Shown here piece after piece: positions 6,120 through 14,568 of a stretch of DNA of 21,806 bases. Below the pieces are notes generated by a model. It had not been told where the DNA came from. It saw only the letters and a list, made by a program, of their open reading frames with translations, and ran no database searches. The translations under genes were made by a program, and so were the position numbers. Source of the stretch: an uncultured bacterium. Lineage in GTDB: Bacteria; Abyssobacteria; SURF-5. Location of the stretch: assembly GCA_964607485.1 (NCBI GenBank), contig CAZSKP010000020.1:49134-70939 (forward strand), given 5' to 3'. How positions within the stretch are numbered: position 1 is the first letter of the stretch; each line of letters starts with the position of its first letter.

Positions 6120-8762
6120 ATGGGAATGCAACGCTCGCACCGGCGGATTTTTCGGGTTCCCCACCTGCTGAGAGTCCTGGTCGTTCACCTCATGTTTCAA
6201 ATCCTTGTTACATCCATCCCTTTCCAGACAACTGCAGAGGAACTTGCCTCCGATAGAAAGCCGGGCCCGCCCACGCAAAGCTCTGCTTTCGTGTACGTAA
6301 TCGACAAATCCTCGAGCATGCTCAGGACTTTTGACGCGCTGAAGGAAACCCTGAGAAAGGCAATCGGGAAATGCGGTTCCGACGACAGCGTCTCCATATT
6401 GGTTTTCGGCGACAACGTGACGTTATTAGCCAGTTACAAATCCATGAATGAATTCAAGAAAGACGCCGTGCTGAAGCTTCTGGATTCCGTCTCTGCCGAT
6501 GCACTCTACACAAATTTGGGACTGGCAATCGATCAGGGGACCCAATGTCTGTATGATCGCTTCTGTGAGGAACAGGCGGAAGACTATACCTTGATACTCG
6601 TAACCGATGGCAAGGATCATCCCTCGCCCAATTACGTTCGGAAGAGAACCATTGAAGATTCCATCACTCAGTTTCCCGATTTTCTTCCGGGGCAGCAGTG
6701 GTCGCTCCGTTACATTGCTTTGGAGGGCCAAATAGACCCGCAACTGTTCGAGCTCGTGAGAAAATATGACGGGAGCTTCTTTGATGTGGAAAAGATCGCT
6801 CATCTGGCGAGCATGGACGACGGCGAAGTGATCGAGAGCATAATCGGTGATCCCGAACAATGGGAGAGTCTCCACGCCTTCATAATCGACCATTTGGGTG
6901 AAGTGCAGATAAAGCGGGAGGGTGAGGAACTGTGGTTCTCAATTTCGAAGGACGGCCCGCAAAGAATTTTCCCTCACGATGAAGTAAGGATATCCTCTGG
7001 ATCGAAAGCCGTCATTAGTTTTGGACCAATTGGGAAAGTTGGCATGGAGGAGAATAGCCAGGCGAGTCTCGAGACCCTGCAGGCCCTGCCTGTGAGAAGG
7101 TCCAGCGCGGTTGAGATTACATTGGACAGGGGAACGCTCTGGAACGCTGTAACCGCGTCGCCGGGTTCATCACTCACTTACGAAGTACTGACTCCCATCG
7201 CTCTCACGGGTCTGAGAGGAACTGTTGTCAGGGTGGCTTTCGACGACGCAACGCTTAACCAAAACATTGCAGTGTTGGAAGGAATAGCAGAGATCAGTTC
7301 GCTGGAGGAAGAGCCTGTATTCGAAGAGTTTGACCTTGAGTTGGGATACTATTCGGCAATATCTCCGGGGGAAAAGCCTTCCCCGCCCAAACCAATTCCT
7401 GAAGAAATTCTTCGTGAATGGGAATTATGGAAGGAGATCCTGCGGGGAGAAGCTTCCCTTTCGCAACTGGCACTCGGAGCGAGACAATTTCTCACGGCCC
7501 GTCTGGATAAGACGAAGATGATCCTGGGTTCGTTGGAATCGGGCAAGGTCTGCACTGATAAGCTGACGCTGAAGCTCGAAGGCCATCTGCCGGTCGAGGG
7601 AATGGAAATTCGAGCAGTCCCAGACATTTCGTTGCCACACGGCGTTTCGTGCAGCGCAAGTGTGAATCTGAACCACATGATGAAAGAAGCAGAAATCGTG
7701 GTCACCGCCGAAGTGAACGAAGGCGTTCACCTTCCGGATGGTAAGACATGGGATGGCGTGTTGGCTCTTGGAAGTTCGGTCAAGAACGTCTCCTTTTCGA
7801 ATAATCCCATCCCGTTGAGGCTGTTTCGTGAAAAGGAGAAGAAGATTGGGAGCGGAGCGGGTCGCCATTCCTTTTTGGGAGAGGTTTCGGTTTGGGAGTG
7901 GTTGATGGCGAATTGGAAATGGATGGGTTTTCTCGTTGCGATCCCGGTGTATTTTTTCTTTTTGGTACTCGCCGAGCGGCAAAGGCGGTATGGAGCCCAT
8001 GCCAGGAGGTTCATACCCCTGGAGGGGTGGCTCCTCGTGCTGAGCTCACCCAGGGACTCCGACATCGAGAATATCGACCTCAAGGCTCTCAGCCTGAAAT
8101 CAAAGAAGTCTGTCTTGATTGTCGGCAGACATCCGGCTTGCGATATCCGCATCTCCCACTCCACTGTCGATAAGAGCCACGCCCGGCTGCGTCCCAGCCG
8201 AGAGGGCGTTCCTGCTTCGGTGTATATAGACGGTTTGGAGCTTAACGATGTTAAGGTCAACGACTTCATTACCAACAAAGAGGTTGTGCTTAAGGATAGA
8301 GATATTGTTGACATCGGAGCCTTTAAATTTATGTACACAACCTCTTACCTCAAACAGGTCGTAGTCCATTACAATGACGGAGATACCAGATATGGGACCC
8401 TCCTGACGTGGAACATGGAAGACGAAGGCTTCGTGCTTCGTCCTATGAGCGAACCTCCTGACGACAACCCTTGTTATATCCCATTCGCCGACCTAAAAGG
8501 AGTCTTCTTCGTCAAGGATTTTGACAAGGAAATCGCACGAAAGATCAAATCCTCAGATATCTACACGAAGAAACATCATATCGTCGTGGAATTCCCGGAC
8601 GGCGAGACAATCGAGGGGTATACCGTGCATGACTATGATCCAAAGGCTCCCCGGTTCTTCCTGGTTCCAGAGCTGAAGAAGGATGAAGAAGGGAACAACG
8701 TGTACATCCTTGTGGAGAGAAGCTCTGCGAAAAAAATCAACATTGTGGCCGAGCCGGCCTGA
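6120..8762 (+). CDS. Single-pass membrane protein, paralog A: signal, vWA, FecR domain, beta-rich domain, TM, FHA, tandem Sm-like (DUF6982-like) domains
   Basis: Start is uncertain (TTG 6111, ATG 6120 or ATG 6126). Basic then hydrophobic N-terminus. vWA MIDAS DKSSS 6303-6317, YTNLGLAI, LILVTDG. FecR motifs GEVQIKR, SGSKAVISFG, LDRGTLW, YEVLTPIALTGLRGTV, AVLEG. TM ~7914-7973. FHA IVGRHPACDIRI..VDKSHARL. C-terminal VVVHYNDG..YGTL, LKGVFFVKDF, VEFPDGETIEG, FFLVP..GNN. Confidence 0.85.
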   Translation: MGMQRSHRRIFRVPHLLRVLVVHLMFQILVTSIPFQTTAEELASDRKPGPPTQSSAFVYVIDKSSSMLRTFDALKETLRKAIGKCGSDDSVSILVFGDNVTLLASYKSMNEFKKDAVLKLLDSVSADALYTNLGLAIDQGTQCLYDRFCEEQAEDYTLILVTDGKDHPSPNYVRKRTIEDSITQFPDFLPGQQWSLRYIALEGQIDPQLFELVRKYDGSFFDVEKIAHLASMDDGEVIESIIGDPEQWESLHAFIIDHLGEVQIKREGEELWFSISKDGPQRIFPHDEVRISSGSKAVISFGPIGKVGMEENSQASLETLQALPVRRSSAVEITLDRGTLWNAVTASPGSSLTYEVLTPIALTGLRGTVVRVAFDDATLNQNIAVLEGIAEISSLEEEPVFEEFDLELGYYSAISPGEKPSPPKPIPEEILREWELWKEILRGEASLSQLALGARQFLTARLDKTKMILGSLESGKVCTDKLTLKLEGHLPVEGMEIRAVPDISLPHGVSCSASVNLNHMMKEAEIVVTAEVNEGVHLPDGKTWDGVLALGSSVKNVSFSNNPIPLRLFREKEKKIGSGAGRHSFLGEVSVWEWLMANWKWMGFLVAIPVYFFFLVLAERQRRYGAHARRFIPLEGWLLVLSSPRDSDIENIDLKALSLKSKKSVLIVGRHPACDIRISHSTVDKSHARLRPSREGVPASVYIDGLELNDVKVNDFITNKEVVLKDRDIVDIGAFKFMYTTSYLKQVVVHYNDGDTRYGTLLTWNMEDEGFVLRPMSEPPDDNPCYIPFADLKGVFFVKDFDKEIARKIKSSDIYTKKHHIVVEFPDGETIEGYTVHDYDPKAPRFFLVPELKKDEEGNNVYILVERSSAKKINIVAEPA

Positions 8763-8968
8763 TGCGCGGATCCGGGGAAAAGAAGATGGTCTCAATATGG
8801 GCGATCGATAGCCGGTTCACGTCATGGCCTTGATCCTCGCTGCCATGGGAAATCCCAAGGGCGGAACTGCACATTTGTCTGGGTTGACGCCGTGGAGCAC
8901 ATCGTCGATTTCTGCAAATGGCATCCTCGCGTCATTAGGTGGCAGGAGCGTAACGGTCGGAAGGGGAC

Positions 8969-11632
8969 ATGTATTCTGGGCGGCCATACAGCTTTATGAC
9001 TGTCGTTGTGAGTGTTTTCACAGCGTGCCTGATTTTTCTCGCTGCTTTCCCCTTGATTCCGTCTGCAACATTCGGGGAAGAACTTGACCCTCCAACGGAA
9101 TTTGGACAAGCACGAGGCGGTTCAGCCATCGTGTATCTAATCGATAAGTCATCGAGCATGCTTTGGGTATTTGATGAGTTAAAGGGGATCGTAAAGAAAG
9201 CCATAGACCAACGCGGACCCGAGGACAGCATTTGCATCATCGTCTTTGGCGATTCCGTAACTACGTTGGCCTCGTACAAACACTTGGACGACTCAAACAA
9301 GGCAGCTCTGTCGGGGCTTCTTGATTCCGTCTATGCGGATGCCCTGTACACAAATTTGGAGCTTGCGATCGATCGAGGGATCCAACATCTGCACACTTAT
9401 TTCTGTGATCATATGGCGGAAAATTATACACTGGTTCTCATAACCGACGGCAAGAACCATCCGCCGCCCGGACATATTCGCGAGCGATCCCTGGAAGAGG
9501 CAGTGACTCAGTTCTCGGATTTTCTTCCCGGAAAGCAGTGGTCGCTGGGTTACGTTGTTCTAGAGGGTCGGCTCGATCCGGAATTGCTGACCCTTCTGGG
9601 GAAATACGAGGGCAGAATCCTCGATGTCGATGAAATCGCTCAAACATCCGAGGCAACCGGCGACGAAGTCCTAGCGAGCATCATTGAGCATCCGGAAGAC
9701 TGGATATCATTTGAGGCCGTACTCGTGGACCATACTGGCGAGGTGAACGTGAGGGGGCCGGAAGGGGACCGGTGGGTTGCAATTCCGAAAGGGGCCACTC
9801 CGGAATTGCTCGCTGGAGATAGCGTGGCCGTATCTGCTGGCTCAAAGGCGGTCATCAGCTTCGGGTCGCTTGGGAGAGTGGGACTTGAGGGAACCACTGA
9901 GATTAATCTGAACAGGCTGAAGAAGATGCCTCTGGAACAATCGAGCGTCATCCAACTCAGGTTGGAGAACGGCACTCTCTGGAATACCGTAAAGGGTCCC
10001 ATGGCTGGCGAGGTCACTTACGAAGTGCTAACTCCTATCGCCTTGACAGGTGTAAGAGGCACGGTTTTCAGGATATCTCTCGACAGCCAAACATTGGAAC
10101 AGACCATCGCGGTCCTTGAAGGAACGGTCGAGACAAGCTCCTCCGAAGAGCGCCCCAGTTTCGAGAGCTTCACTCTGACCGATGGAAACTTTTCAATATT
10201 CTCTTCAGGTGCAAAACCCTCCTCGCCCCTGCCCATACCGAAGGATATGATCCTTCAATGGGAAAGATGGAGGAAAGCCTTACAAAAGAAAGAGCCCCTT
10301 TCGCACATCAATTTTCAAACAGTGCTGATCACACCAGCCGAGGGAAAGCTTGTAATGGGACCGATAAAACCCGGTATGAAGTTCAGCAAAATGGTCCCGC
10401 TCACATTGAGCGAAGAGTACCGTGGGAAAGCGCCTATCTCGGCGAAAGTGGTGATCGACTTGCCCCCGGGAGCCAACATAAAGGTTGACGTCATCGATAA
10501 AGATGATAGCAAACTGGAGAAAAATCTGTCAGTCAATCTCCAGTGCCAACCTTTTCTCAGGTATGCCGGGGCAAAGGAATACAACGGCAAGATCAGGCTC
10601 ATGTGCTCCAGTGACGATGTCAGATTCACCGAGCCGGAAGTGGAACTTCAAATACTTCATTCCCCTCCCAGATTTGGCCTCTGGGGAGGCGACTATTCGA
10701 CTCTCACAAAGAATCTTATCCTGGCAGCCGCTGTGTTGTCAACGCTGTTCATCATCTTCGTGATATGGAAGAAGAGGGATGCGTTTCTTAAACTCAAAAA
10801 GTGGGAGAGGAGAGTTATCGACTATATCCGACAGAAGGTCATCAAGACGAAGTTCATTCACTTATTCCGAGCCAGACCCACAGGACAACTCGTGTTGCGA
10901 GGTTCGTCACCGGACGGGCATCGAAAACTGTTCAACTTGGCTGAAATATCTCTTCACAGCAACGAAGTCGTCCTCGGCATCGGCTCGGACCCGTCGAATG
11001 CAATTTCCCTTTCTCACTCTTCGGTCCGTCCGTTCCACTGCACCATCTGGGCTGGTCGAAGAAGAAATCCGACAAGAGTTTACATCAACGCTCTTGCAGG
11101 GGGACATTTGGCCGTAAATGGCGACCAGATTGCGCACACTCAGGAGGTCAAAGACAAAGATGTGATCGCAATCGGAGACTATGAATTCGAATTCGTTGAC
11201 ACTCAGCTCTATCGCCAGGTCGAGGTCCATATGAACAATGGGACAGTCTATGAAAGCACGCTGGAATACTGGGATCTTAACCATAGCGTCTTCTATATCA
11301 GACAGACCCTGCAAGATCACGATTGCACACTTGCTGTTCCGTTTATGGATGTCTCTCACATACATTTTTATCAGGATGAGAGCGCGCGCGATATAGGCGT
11401 CCTGCCACACCCGTTACGTGCTTACCGAGCAAAGCGCAAGAGTCTCGCTAAAGTCACCCTCAGAAGCGGACAGAAGCTGAAGGGATTCAAATATGGGAAA
11501 TATCGCCATGAGGACTCGCCCGGAATCTTTCTTCTGCCGCCTTCTTCTGAAGAATCAAGGATTCAATACACGTATATACCGAAAACCAGCATCGAAACTT
11601 TCGTGATTGTGGACAGTTATCGAGCCCATTGA
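8969..11632 (+). CDS. Single-pass membrane protein, paralog B: signal, vWA, FecR domain, beta-rich domain, TM, degenerate FHA, tandem Sm-like domains
   Basis: Same architecture as paralog A. DKSSS 9143-9157, YTNLELAI, LVLITDG. YEVLTPIALTGVRGTV. TM LILAAAVLSTLFIIFVIW 10715-10768. FHA-like LGIGSDPSNAISL..VRPFHCTI..VNG..KDKDVIAIG. Sm-like VEVHMNNGTVYESTLEYWD and AKVTLRSGQKLKG. Purine-rich SD GGAAGGGGA upstream. Confidence 0.85.
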   Translation: MYSGRPYSFMTVVVSVFTACLIFLAAFPLIPSATFGEELDPPTEFGQARGGSAIVYLIDKSSSMLWVFDELKGIVKKAIDQRGPEDSICIIVFGDSVTTLASYKHLDDSNKAALSGLLDSVYADALYTNLELAIDRGIQHLHTYFCDHMAENYTLVLITDGKNHPPPGHIRERSLEEAVTQFSDFLPGKQWSLGYVVLEGRLDPELLTLLGKYEGRILDVDEIAQTSEATGDEVLASIIEHPEDWISFEAVLVDHTGEVNVRGPEGDRWVAIPKGATPELLAGDSVAVSAGSKAVISFGSLGRVGLEGTTEINLNRLKKMPLEQSSVIQLRLENGTLWNTVKGPMAGEVTYEVLTPIALTGVRGTVFRISLDSQTLEQTIAVLEGTVETSSSEERPSFESFTLTDGNFSIFSSGAKPSSPLPIPKDMILQWERWRKALQKKEPLSHINFQTVLITPAEGKLVMGPIKPGMKFSKMVPLTLSEEYRGKAPISAKVVIDLPPGANIKVDVIDKDDSKLEKNLSVNLQCQPFLRYAGAKEYNGKIRLMCSSDDVRFTEPEVELQILHSPPRFGLWGGDYSTLTKNLILAAAVLSTLFIIFVIWKKRDAFLKLKKWERRVIDYIRQKVIKTKFIHLFRARPTGQLVLRGSSPDGHRKLFNLAEISLHSNEVVLGIGSDPSNAISLSHSSVRPFHCTIWAGRRRNPTRVYINALAGGHLAVNGDQIAHTQEVKDKDVIAIGDYEFEFVDTQLYRQVEVHMNNGTVYESTLEYWDLNHSVFYIRQTLQDHDCTLAVPFMDVSHIHFYQDESARDIGVLPHPLRAYRAKRKSLAKVTLRSGQKLKGFKYGKYRHEDSPGIFLLPPSSEESRIQYTYIPKTSIETFVIVDSYRAH

Positions 11633-14523
11633 TGTTCATGCGACCAAATCCAACAAAAGTTGCACGAAGCACGGAACACGGGATGACCGAAAACACTCAA
11701 GAGTCGAAAGTCGGCCGATTTTCCGCCGTGCGAAAGCATTACGGGGTCGTGATTGCCGTTTCCTCCTGGCTACTGATCGTCGTGCTCGGGCTTTTTTTTC
11801 ACGGGCCCTTCATGGAAATGGAAAACAAGCTCCTTGATATCCGGATGCGTCTTCCCCATAAGGCGAAAGCCTGCGATCAAATTGTCTATGTTGATATCGA
11901 CGATAAAAGCATAGCTCTTTTTGGAAGGTGGCCCTGGAACCGCTCGCTGATGGCCGAAATTCTTCAAGCGCTCCGACGTGCGAATATTGTGGGAATGTTT
12001 CCCGATTTTCTCATCGCCGAAGAGACAACGGTCAGGGATGACCTCGCCCTTGTTCATGCGGTAGAGGACAGCGGAAACATATTCTTGGGCGCGGCGTTCC
12101 AGCTCCAACAAGCCGATGAACATCCAACACAATCAGAGCCCGTCGACGGGATTCTGAAAGGATTCCGTTATGACCTTAGAGTCAACACCGATAGCAAAGC
12201 AATGAGAGCCACAAGGGCGCTCGCTTCCCTTCCTTCGCTTATGGCGGTGGTTGCTGGAACTGGACACATCAGTTTCGTGCCTGATGAAGACGGAGTAGCC
12301 AGAAATCTGCCCCTCTTCGTTGACCTGGAAGGTCGGTATTTCCCTTCGATCGACATCGAAGTGGCCCGTTGGCTCCTTCAAGTCGAGCGAGAAAAAATCG
12401 AGATCGTTCCGGGAAGATATGTGGTTCTGAGGGAAGCGCTGACGCCCGGCCTTACTGAAAGGAAGGATGTCTTCATCCCGGTGGACGCACAAATGCGGAT
12501 TCTTATCAACTACGCAGGCCGGTGGGGCGAAGCCTTCAAACACTATCCGATCCACGCGATACTCAGAGATCTGCTTTCTGACGATCCACTTGCGAGAGAA
12601 AAGGCGAAGAGCTTGCTTGACGGCAAGTTTATTGTTCTATCCGCCGCTTTCACGGGCGGCGCGGATATGGGGCCAACTCCGCTCCAGCCTCTTGTGCCCC
12701 TGTCGGAAATCCATGGGCATGTCATAAGCTCAATCGTGAACCAACAATTTCTGAGACACGTTCCGTCTTCGGCGACCATGCTCATCGCTCTCCCACTCTG
12801 CCTGGTGTTGGGTCTGTTATCGCCAAGGTTGAAGACCTTGCGCCTTTCAGGTCTCAGCGCCTTGATGCTCGCTCTATGGGTAGTAACGGCATTTGTTCTG
12901 TTCGCAGCCGCTGGATACGTTGTTGATATCGTTTGGCCGGGCGCGGCCATAGTGCTCTCGTACGCGGGCTGCGCCGGACGCATGCACTGGAAGACGGAAC
13001 GTGAGCGAGCATCACTCCGGAGGGCCTTCTCCCAATATGTTTCGCCCGACGTGCTTTCTCAAATACTCGTTGAGCCGCGCAGGCTCGTCCTCGGGGGCGA
13101 ACGAGTCAACTTGTCGATTCTGGTGCTGGTCTTCGAAAAATTCGAACGATTCTCTGAAAATGCAGAACCGGAGGAGATCATCGAACTGCTCACGGCTTTC
13201 TACGATAAGACGTGCGAATGGATCTTGAAACACGGGGGTACCATCGATAAGTTCACGAAAGACGGGCTGATTGCATTCTTCGGCGCTCCGTTGAAGCAGG
13301 ACAAACATTTGGAATCGGCGGTGAGGGCCGCCCTGTCGATCAGGCGGGAAGTGGCCGAGCTGATTACGTCAAGGAGCCGGCGAGGAGAAAAAACGGTCGG
13401 CGTGAAAATGGCGATACACTCGGGCTTCGCCACCGTGGGAAACATCGGGTCTCCGAAGAGGATGGACTATACGGTAATCGGAAGGAACGTGAACCTGTGC
13501 ATTGCAATGGCCGAGTCCGCTACAGACGGCCAAATACTCGTGACACGCAAGACTCACCAAAGCGTGGAAAGCCTCGTTGACGCGAAAGAATGCGGAGAAG
13601 TCAGACTTTCCGCATATCCGAAACCCTTTTTCATTTTTGACATCATCGGTCTGAAGGATGCATTGCAACATGTCCCCGTGCCGACGATCATCCCAACCGT
13701 CGAAATGCGCGAAAAGAAATTCCTGGGTCCCTACACGTTGACCGAGAAACTTGGAGTGGGCAATACGGGAACGGTCTACAAGGGATACGATGAACAATTG
13801 GACCGCCAAGTCGCTATCAAGGTGCTTTCCCCAGGTTTGCAGAAAGACAGGCTGCAACTAATCGCAGAAGAGGCAAAGACGCTCGCGAAGTTGAGTCATC
13901 CCAATGTTGTACAGGTTTACTATGCGGGAGAAGAGGATGGGATCGGATTTCTGGTGATGGAATTGGTGGATGGAGGCAACCTGAGAGAGTTGATAAACAC
14001 CGAGGGGGCTCTCTCGGTGAGCCATGCGCTCGACATTATCACCCAGACCTCCCGCGGACTGAACGCTGCACACAAGCGGGGAATAACTCACCGCGATATC
14101 AAGCCCGCCAATCTCCTGCTGAACAATTACGACATTGTCAAGGTCACAGACTTCGGACTTGCCGGCGAAAAGATTTTCAGACAAAGAGCAGAACGACGCA
14201 TAGCCGGAACATTCCAGTACATGTCGCCCGAACAGGCCCAAGGACTCAAGACAGACTGCAGAAGCGACATATACGCCCTGGGGATTACGTTCTTTCACTT
14301 ACTCGCTGGAGAGGTTCCCTTCAAATCGGACAGCATCGCCGGTCTGATATGGCATCATGCCGAGTCCCAGCTCCCCATTGAACCCCTCAAGAAACAGGGG
14401 GTTCCAGACTCAGTAATCAGGCTGGTTCAAAAGATGACGGCAAAGCTTCCCGGCGAGAGATTCGCCAACTACTTGGAATTACTCGAGGAGCTGGATAAAC
14501 TAGAGCTTCAAATTGACGGATAG
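11632..14523 (+). CDS. CHASE2 sensor, 3 TM, degenerate class III nucleotide cyclase, Ser/Thr kinase fusion
   Basis: ATG 11632 overlaps the upstream stop (TGATG); ATG 11683 is an alternative start. N-terminal TM. CHASE2 motifs IVYVDIDDKSI..GRWPWNRS, PDEDGVARNLPL, GKFIVL, EIHGHVISSI. Three hydrophobic helices. AFSQYVSPDV linker. Cyclase fold GGTIDKF..DGLIAFFGAP, VGNIGS..RMDYTVIG. Intact kinase motifs LGVGNTGTVY, VAIK, HRDIKPAN, DFG, GTFQYMSPE. Confidence 0.92.
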   Translation: MFMRPNPTKVARSTEHGMTENTQESKVGRFSAVRKHYGVVIAVSSWLLIVVLGLFFHGPFMEMENKLLDIRMRLPHKAKACDQIVYVDIDDKSIALFGRWPWNRSLMAEILQALRRANIVGMFPDFLIAEETTVRDDLALVHAVEDSGNIFLGAAFQLQQADEHPTQSEPVDGILKGFRYDLRVNTDSKAMRATRALASLPSLMAVVAGTGHISFVPDEDGVARNLPLFVDLEGRYFPSIDIEVARWLLQVEREKIEIVPGRYVVLREALTPGLTERKDVFIPVDAQMRILINYAGRWGEAFKHYPIHAILRDLLSDDPLAREKAKSLLDGKFIVLSAAFTGGADMGPTPLQPLVPLSEIHGHVISSIVNQQFLRHVPSSATMLIALPLCLVLGLLSPRLKTLRLSGLSALMLALWVVTAFVLFAAAGYVVDIVWPGAAIVLSYAGCAGRMHWKTERERASLRRAFSQYVSPDVLSQILVEPRRLVLGGERVNLSILVLVFEKFERFSENAEPEEIIELLTAFYDKTCEWILKHGGTIDKFTKDGLIAFFGAPLKQDKHLESAVRAALSIRREVAELITSRSRRGEKTVGVKMAIHSGFATVGNIGSPKRMDYTVIGRNVNLCIAMAESATDGQILVTRKTHQSVESLVDAKECGEVRLSAYPKPFFIFDIIGLKDALQHVPVPTIIPTVEMREKKFLGPYTLTEKLGVGNTGTVYKGYDEQLDRQVAIKVLSPGLQKDRLQLIAEEAKTLAKLSHPNVVQVYYAGEEDGIGFLVMELVDGGNLRELINTEGALSVSHALDIITQTSRGLNAAHKRGITHRDIKPANLLLNNYDIVKVTDFGLAGEKIFRQRAERRIAGTFQYMSPEQAQGLKTDCRSDIYALGITFFHLLAGEVPFKSDSIAGLIWHHAESQLPIEPLKKQGVPDSVIRLVQKMTAKLPGERFANYLELLEELDKLELQIDG

Positions 14524-14568
14524 CGTCTGTCTCAGGATTCGACATCGCTGGAGGGGCCGGCCAAGAAA

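Noticed and set aside
8950-8973. Second ECF-type promoter (GTAAC...TGTA) upstream of paralog B
   Set aside because: The -10 is not CGT at the right spacing and it overlaps the start codon at 8969.
6120-11632. Classical FecI/FecR/FecA iron-uptake signalling or a MoxR-vWA system
   Set aside because: No TonB-dependent receptor or MoxR ATPase; the FecR domains lack the N-terminal anti-sigma region; the ECF is on the other side of the att scar.
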